64,000 nt of DNA from the human T2T-CHM13v2.0 reference genome, Homo sapiens. A program made the translations under genes and the position numbers. The stretch lies in assembly GCF_009914755.1 (NCBI RefSeq), contig NC_060929.1. One strand, 5' to 3'. Below the pieces are notes generated by a model, which saw only the letters and a list, made by a program, of their open reading frames with translations, did no database searches and had not been told where the DNA came from. This document shows, in pieces, positions 56,720 to 64,000 of the stretch (the stretch's first letter is position 1; every line of letters starts with the position of its first letter).

Positions 56720-58242
56720 TGATTTCCTTTCATGTACCCCCTTCAGTGTCCATCATTGCATCATTCATGATAATACAAAAAGCAGAAAACCAAGGTTAAT
56801 AATTGTGTTTCTTGGTAAACTAAACCAGTGCAGATTTCTTTTTCTTTTCATTCAAACAAAAATGATCTTATTTTTAGCTTGAGGATTATTTAATTGCCTT
56901 CTCTTTTTTTGAAATGTATTATCAATAGAATTTAACTTATATTTAACAGAGGGCACTCTCTGCTCTTTTTACAGCTGAGGCTGCATTAATTTACCCAAGA
57001 GCATGTTGGTAGTACTGGTACTTAAACTTCTTTTGTTGGTGAAAGTAACCTTCAGCCAATATTCTTTAACTTTTTTTGTTTTTCTACACTATTGGTTTCT
57101 CTGGGTATCTCAGGCTTCAGAGTGTAGAGGGCAGTGTTTTTGTAAATCATCTATTAATTGGAAGATAGCTTCTTAAAAATGCAGATAAACCAATACTCTG
57201 ACTGGTGAATTAGCACAGGAGCACTGATAATCCACCTGACTTGCCGGCTAATCTCCAAATGCTCTACTCAGATAGATCATTTCTGGCAAGCTCTATTTAA
57301 GGATTTCCTTAAAGTAATCCCTTTTTCAATTCATTAGATTTGCCTCTTCCAGGGTCACTGTTAGACTGCACAACTGGCATTCTCCTGAGTTCAGCTTTTT
57401 GTTACATCATTAATACAGCTCCAGATACTTCACTTCCACTTTTAAACTTCTGACCTGCAATGGTTGCACTTCCTTACTTTCTCTATTCTAGAGTTTGGCT
57501 GCCTCTTTGAAACCTAGACCTTGGAAATACAAAGACCATTTTCTTACATCTGCATAGCCTGGTTAACTAGTTTCTAATTCCATCACTCACCCATTTTCTT
57601 GGAGAGAGAGAGTAGTAGAGATACCATCCAAATCACAAAATTAAGTTATCATGTTACTTCATAAAGGAGGTATAAAAAATGGAGGGGAAGGAGAAAACAC
57701 ATTTTCCATACATTCCAAGAAATTCATAAAAGCTACATATAGATTTATTCTCCATGGTGGGGTAAAAATTGCAATATTTAGCCCAATTATATTAAATTAT
57801 ATTATATTACATATCTTCCTGGGTAAGAGAAAAAAGTTGCATTCTTCAATGACACTCTAAAATATGTGGACTTTTGTCATCTTTATATATGCATATATAA
57901 CATAGAAACTAAAATTTGTTAACCAGGCAATTAAGTGGAATCAACTTAGAGTCATAATTTAAATCTATATTTGAACTTCCCATAACTAAATTCAGTATAT
58001 ATAAAATATGAAAATGCTGTCCAAATACAATCACTCACAGTTTTACATGGCTAAACCGTTTTGAGAGGCTTAAAGGCTTTTAAGAAACAAGACAATTCAT
58101 ATGCTTCTGGAAATTTTCTCTAAGTGAAACAATACTTGGTTAAGCCAAAATATTGTTCAGTGCAAAGTAGCCAGGGTTTAGGGAATAACTAACAGGCTAT
58201 GCCAAAGTTTTATTCTTGGATACCTGATATCAATGTGACATA

Positions 58243-58518
58243 TTTTCTTTTTTTGTGTGTTTTTTGAGGCTGGAGTGCAGTGGCGTAATCTCAGATCATT
58301 GCAACCTCTGCCTCCCGAGTTCAAGTGTTTGTCCTGCATCAGCCTCCCAAGGAGCTGGATAGGCATCTGCCACCATGCCTGGCTAATTTTTGTATTTTTA
58401 ATAGAGACAAGTTTCAGCATGTTGGCCAGGCTGGTCTCGAACCCCTGACCTCAAGTGGTCTGCCCACCTCGGCCTCCCAAAGTGCTGTGATTACAGGTGT
58501 GAGTCACCACACGTGGCC
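58243..58518 (-). mobile_element. AluS with a short deletion next to the tail
   Basis: tttttgag|gctggagtgcagtgg ... ccacacgtggcc. Confidence 0.9.
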
Positions 58519-58697
58519 AACATACCTTCAACTTTTATTTTGGAGATTTATATTTAACTTGTCATACCACTAATGTAATTTTCACCTTTCAAAATTCTAA
58601 CTTTATAACATATTTTCAATCACAGTATAGTCAGAAATTAATAAATCAGAAGATACATATGATGTTTAAAATTCAAAATGACGATTAACTTAAAAAA

Positions 58698-59450
58698 AGA
58701 TTGAGGTACAATTGTCATAAAATTAACTATGCATATTTAAAATGTACAATTTGATAAGTTTGACATATATACACACACATGAAACCATCACCACTATCAA
58801 GATAATTTACATATCCATCAACCGCACGTTTTCTTGTGCCACTTTGTAATAATTCCCTTCCATTCAAATCATCCTCCAGATAATCACTGACCTGTTTCTT
58901 GTCATTATATATTAGTGTATATAACTTAGAATTCTATATAAATGGAAACATACAGTAAATACTCAGTCTGACTCCTTTCACTCAATATTGCTTTGATATT
59001 CTTCCATATTATAAAAAGTATCACTTATCTATCAGTTTTTTCTTGATAAATAGTACTTCAGTACTTGAATTTGCTAGAGTTTGTCTATTCACATGTTGAT
59101 GGGCTCAAACAATCCTACCGCCTTGGCCTTCCAAAGTTAACACTTTGGATTACAGGCATGAGCCACTGCACCCAACTTATTTTAGTTTTGATGTAGACAA
59201 ATAAATCAACTTATTTTATATATTTTGTTTTTAGTATCATACATTAGAAACTGATATCTAATATAAATTACAAGGCTTTCTCCTATGTTGTCTTCTAAAA
59301 ATTTTACATTAGAATTTTAAAGCAGGTTTGGGTTCATTTTTATATATAATAAAAGCTACAGAAAGGTTTTTTATTTTTTATATATGTATATTCATGATCC
59401 CAGAAACATTTATGCGATAAAAAAATTCCCTAACAATTTGTCTTACAAAA
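58698..59450 (-). mobile_element. L1MB/MC 3' fragment with an Alu left-arm piece at 59100-59176
   Basis: attgaggtacaatt...gaaaccatcaccactatcaagata...aattctatataaatggaa; ggattacaggcatgagccactgcacc. Confidence 0.7.
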
Positions 59451-59714
59451 TTGACACATATATATAATGTATAAACATATAATGCATTATATACAAATAC
59501 ACATACATATATAAAACACAATGAGAAATGATATCTATTATATATATGTAAAATTGTATTTAAGAATTAGCAACATAGTATGTTCACTTAATCAAATCAC
59601 TGCCCCATTATATATAAACAAAATATTTGGGTATATGTATGTGTGTGTATGCTGTATTTAATTCATATTACTATAAAAAATTTTTTGTAATAGTTATATT
59701 AGTCAACGTTTAGA

Positions 59715-59852
59715 AAAATAATGTGGAGTAGACACTACTGTATGCATTATAAAGAAAAATACCTGCTAATCAAAGATGATAAGACAGATACTCAAAGTCA
59801 TAAATCTTTTAAGTGGCAGCAGTGGAAGGCAAGCCCAGGTGCCTCATACTCT
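59715..59852 (-). mobile_element. MIR fragment
   Basis: aaagatgataagacagatactcaaag...aagtggcagc...caagcccaggt. Confidence 0.45.
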
Positions 59853-62739
59853 TTCCAGCAGTCCATCATGATGGATTCAATCATTGCATCCATTAAATCT
59901 GGCAGCTACAGTAAGACAGATGATACTTTGGCCTACAGCCGTTTTAAGATTCCTCAAACAAATCAACTAAACATTTCCAATGTTATTGCCTTTGTTCTTC
60001 AATACATAATTGCTTTTAAAAGCTGAAAGTAGGGAAGAGAGAAAATAAATCATGAATTTTTATCAGAAAGCCTGCAAATCTGAATTGTAAAAAGCCAAAC
60101 AAAACCCTTTTTCTCCTCAGTAGGGAATTCTCCTTAAAGTACAATATAAAGTCATTCTTCTTATTAAATTTTAAGTACATGAGGACTGACATTAATGGAA
60201 CTCATTTAAGTGAACTTAACTGAATTTCTATACACATTTGATTTTCCCCCACAACATGAGTGCCTTCCTGAATGATCCCACAGAAGCAACATGATTGACA
60301 TTATGTATCCTGGAGAGAGCAGCCATTCATTGATCAACATCAGTGGTTTTGGCAGACAGACAGCACTTTGCCTCATGCCCAAAGAAAAGGTTATCTGGCA
60401 GAGATTAGAGATGAGGGGGTGACTGGATCCAGGAAGCATATCTGGTGCAACCACTGAAATCCACCCAAAGCCCAGGTCATTCAATGTATTCATACACGAA
60501 CGATGTGTGCCACATAAATGCTTAATGGTCAATGCTCTCAATATGTGTCACTCCTAGTTTCATTACACAGAGGACATTAAAGTAATAATTTCAATAAACC
60601 CAAACCAGATTCAATTTTAATGTCTTCAGTGAAAGACTATATTCTAAAAGAGGACCAAAAGAACCCATATCTGCTCACTAATCTCTGGCTTATAATTATA
60701 GTATCATGACTCAACTCATGACATTGGCATATATTTCATCTGTTTTTTTTTTCTTTTGGTAAAAATACTTAAAGATATTTGATTGTAATTAGTGGACTTA
60801 AAGCGTTTCTAAAAAATGTTCAGAAACATTTGTTCATTCATCTATTTTCCCCCTAAGTACTTATTGAATTTAATACCATAGGCTTGAGAATTATACTAAA
60901 TTAAGAAACACAGTGACAAGCAAATTACGTATTCTCTCTCAACTTTGTTTCTTCAACTAAAATTTGAAATAATAACTGTATCAATCTCAAATAAATGTGG
61001 AAAGTATTGCTTGCTGGGGCTTCTAGAGTGGCAGGATAGGGAAATCGATGGATTTTTTCCACAGTGAAACAACCATTTCAGTGGTGAAAATTATTTAAAA
61101 CAAGTAAGTCTCTGAAAATTATTGTAAGGGCATATAGAAAATGGAGAAATATTTATTCAAGAAAGTTTACTAAATTCATTAAGAATAGCTAGAGTCCCCA
61201 ACATGTAAGCTATGACCTGCTCCCACATGTCCTCTCCCCAACTGTGTGACAAAGATTTTACTCTGGGAAGGAGTGACCGCAAAGACAAGATAGAGGATCT
61301 CTCTCATACCAGCTCCTGGCCTAGGGATATGATTATATTCTGGGAGAGCCAAGCCACTAGTATCTTTTGTCCTTCCCAGTCCTGTATCATAGAAGTGTGG
61401 TTACAGGCAGGCACGACTGAGAAGTCAGGCCTTTCTTCCTCACCCAACTCTCATTCCTAGGATAAAGGCTCCACTCCAGGAACGAGAGTTCAAGAACACT
61501 GGGGCTCCAATCACCACCAACCCAGCTGTCTTGTAGGGTCTAAGTTCCATACAAGAAGGATAAAGCCAAGAAGAGCAGAGGCTAATATCATCTACCTCCC
61601 AACCCAAGTGTCCATTCTTAGAGCAGCGCTGTCACTCCAGGAAAATCTGACCACTGCTTCCACTTCCAACAGCTTTGGTGCAGTGCAATAGAAGTTCTGC
61701 CAAGGGGAGAGGCAGGCCATAAAAATACAGTAATCCACAGTTCTGTCTGAAAGAACTGACTTCACCTGGAAGGTAATGATAAGTTCATGCTTAATGATGT
61801 CCAAAAATGGACACATTAGTGATCAATTAAGAGAGGACTGGTAGTGCTATTGTCACTGTGACAACAAGCAAAATACCTGAGAAGCTAGAAAGAACAAGAG
61901 AAAGACACAGCCAACAATAGCCTTTTTGGTATCACACTATTTCTTGGGGGTCTGAAAGTTGTGCTTATGTGCTCAGCTGCACATACTCAGGAGCAATCAG
62001 AGTCCCCACAATAGGAAGACTGGAAAGTATATCTAAAGTCACACACAGATCTAACAACCAAACAGAATTCTTATTAGCTTGAGGGGCTTGAACACTTGCC
62101 AACTGCTCACCAAACACTGGCTGAACAATAAAATCACACTAATTACTGGTGATTTGGAAGACTGTTCACACATGCAAGACTGCACACCCTCAAGAATGAC
62201 TGGAGAAACAATCTTGAGACACTTTTCCTAAACTGCATAAACTGTGAAAACAGTCTGCAAGCTACGCACATATGCAAGAGTAAAGGTGAAAATATAACTA
62301 CCTAAGGTGGCCTGAACACAACCTTTCACTAATAAGTGGGAAGGGAGAAATATCTGAGTAGGGCCATTAGAGATTGTACACTACAGAGGAAACAGACATT
62401 AGAAAATTGTTCTAAGTAAATATAAGCAAAGAACAAATAAACAAAAACACAAGCCTCAAGATAAGGGGAGAGTTCCACACCCAGAGATGCTACAATATAT
62501 TTTCTAAAATGTCCAAGTTTCAAAAAACATTCTAAGGCATGCAGAGAAACTGGGAAAATGTGACCAATACATTGAAAAATTTTACAAGTGGGTAGTAGAA
62601 ACTAACTTTGCCAGATGTTGAAACTGGCTGACAAACACTTCAAAGTAGCTATATAAATAAGTTTAAAGACCTAAAAGAAACCATGTTTAGAAAAATTAAA
62701 GAAAGGTATAATAAGAATGTTTCATCAATAGGAACCACA

Positions 62740-63249
62740 CCAAAGAAAAATAAATCATTCTATCAAAAAGACACATGCACTTGGATGTTCATTGCAGCAT
62801 TATTTACAATAGTAAAGACATGAAATCAATATAAGTGCCACCAACAGTGGATTGGATAAAGAAAATGTGGAACATATACATCATGGAATACTATGCAACC
62901 ATAAAAAATGATGAAATTGTGTCCTTTGCAGCAACATGGATGCCACTGGATGATATTATCCTACACAAATTACATAACTCAAGAACAGAAAACCAAATAC
63001 TGCATGTTCTCACTTACAAGTGGGAACTGAACATTGGGCACACATGGACACAAAGATGGAAACAATAGATACTGGAGATTACTAGAAGGAAAGAATGAAA
63101 GTAGTAGTTACAAAACTACTTATTGGGTATTATGCTCACTATCTAGGTGATGGGATCATTCATAGCCCAAACCTCAGTGTAATGCAATATACCCATGTAA
63201 GAAACCTACACAAGTAATCCCTGGACCTAAAATAAACGTTGAAGTTTTT
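62740..63249 (+). mobile_element. L1PA15/16-like 3' fragment
   Basis: ORF 62835-63068 (DWIKKMWNIYIMEYYATIKNDE) is the ORF2 C-terminus; ggacacaaagatggaaacaatagatactgg 3'UTR. Confidence 0.85.
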
Positions 63250-63614
63250 TAAAAAGGGAATCAGTTCATGTCCTTTGCAGAGACATGGATGAAACTGGAA
63301 ATCATCATTCTCAGCAAACTAACGCAGGAACAGAAAACCAAACACTGCATGTTTTCACTCATAAGTGGGAGTAGAACAATGAGAACACATGGACACAGGA
63401 AGGGGGTTAGGGGTAAGGGGAGGGATAAGGGGGCCTCTCGGGGGTTGGGGATAAGGCGAGGGATAGCATTAGGAGAAATACCTAATGTAGATAATGGGTT
63501 GATGGGTGCAGCAAACCACCATGGCACATGTATACCTATGTAACAAACCTGCACGCTCTGCACATGTATCCCAGAACTTAAAGTATAATAAAAAATTAAA
63601 TTAAATTAAATTAA
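63250..63614 (+). mobile_element. L1PA7-like 3' fragment
   Basis: ORF2 end MSFAETWMKLEIIILSKLTQEQKTKHCMFSLISGS; gcaaaccaccatggcac...cccagaacttaaagtataataaaa. Confidence 0.9.
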
Positions 63615-64000
63615 AGGAACCACAAACAAAGGAACAGGATTTTAAAAATGTATATATAGGGAATTTTGGAGGTGAAAACTACAATGACCAGAATAAAAAC
63701 CTGATGAAAGTGGACCAGCAGTATGTTTGAGTTGAACAATAGAATTTATTTTAAAGTCGATTACAAGAAATTGATATATTCTAGGCAACAGCAAGAAAGA
63801 GGCAGGGATAAAAATAAGCAACCTCACAGACATGTGGGGCACCACTGGGCAAACCAATATACATGTAATGAGAATATCAAAAGGAGTGGGAAGCAGAAAA
63901 GATGTCTGAAGAAATAAGGGTTAAAAATAATTTTGTGAAAAAATTTATGTATACATTTGAGAAGCATAGTGTACCTCAAGAAGAATAAACACAAAGAGAT

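Larger units (their letters stand above)
61015..64000 (+). mobile_element. Old L1M 5'UTR and ORF1, split by younger L1PA pieces; runs off the window
   Basis: 5' end co-linear with 4272 onward; ORF1-like gatgttgaaactggctgacaaacacttcaaagtagct and ggaattttggaggtgaaaactacaatgac. Confidence 0.75.

Overview
This is AT-rich, repeat-dense primate (most likely human or great-ape) genomic DNA, as shown by AluY copies, an LTR12C solo LTR and L1PA elements. It looks like a gene desert or a large intron. I cannot support any protein-coding gene, RNA gene, CRISPR array or prokaryote-type system. The ORFs I could assign are decayed transposon ORFs (L1 ORF1/ORF2, Tigger1 transposase, ERVL pol), Alu/LTR read-throughs or low-complexity sequence. 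The rest are short and resemble nothing I recognise. Repeat subfamily names come from remembered consensus sequences and need RepeatMasker/Dfam confirmation. The most interesting structure records how DNA was inserted or repaired: an L1PA 3' transduction whose L1 lacks its poly(A) signal, a TSD-flanked tail-less L1 5' half, a twin-primed L1MA, a 94-bp locally templated insertion, and a four-level L1MD>Tigger1>MSTA>LTR8A nest. There are also three repeat-free islands that look like conserved enhancers. I found no evidence for a new multi-gene biological system.
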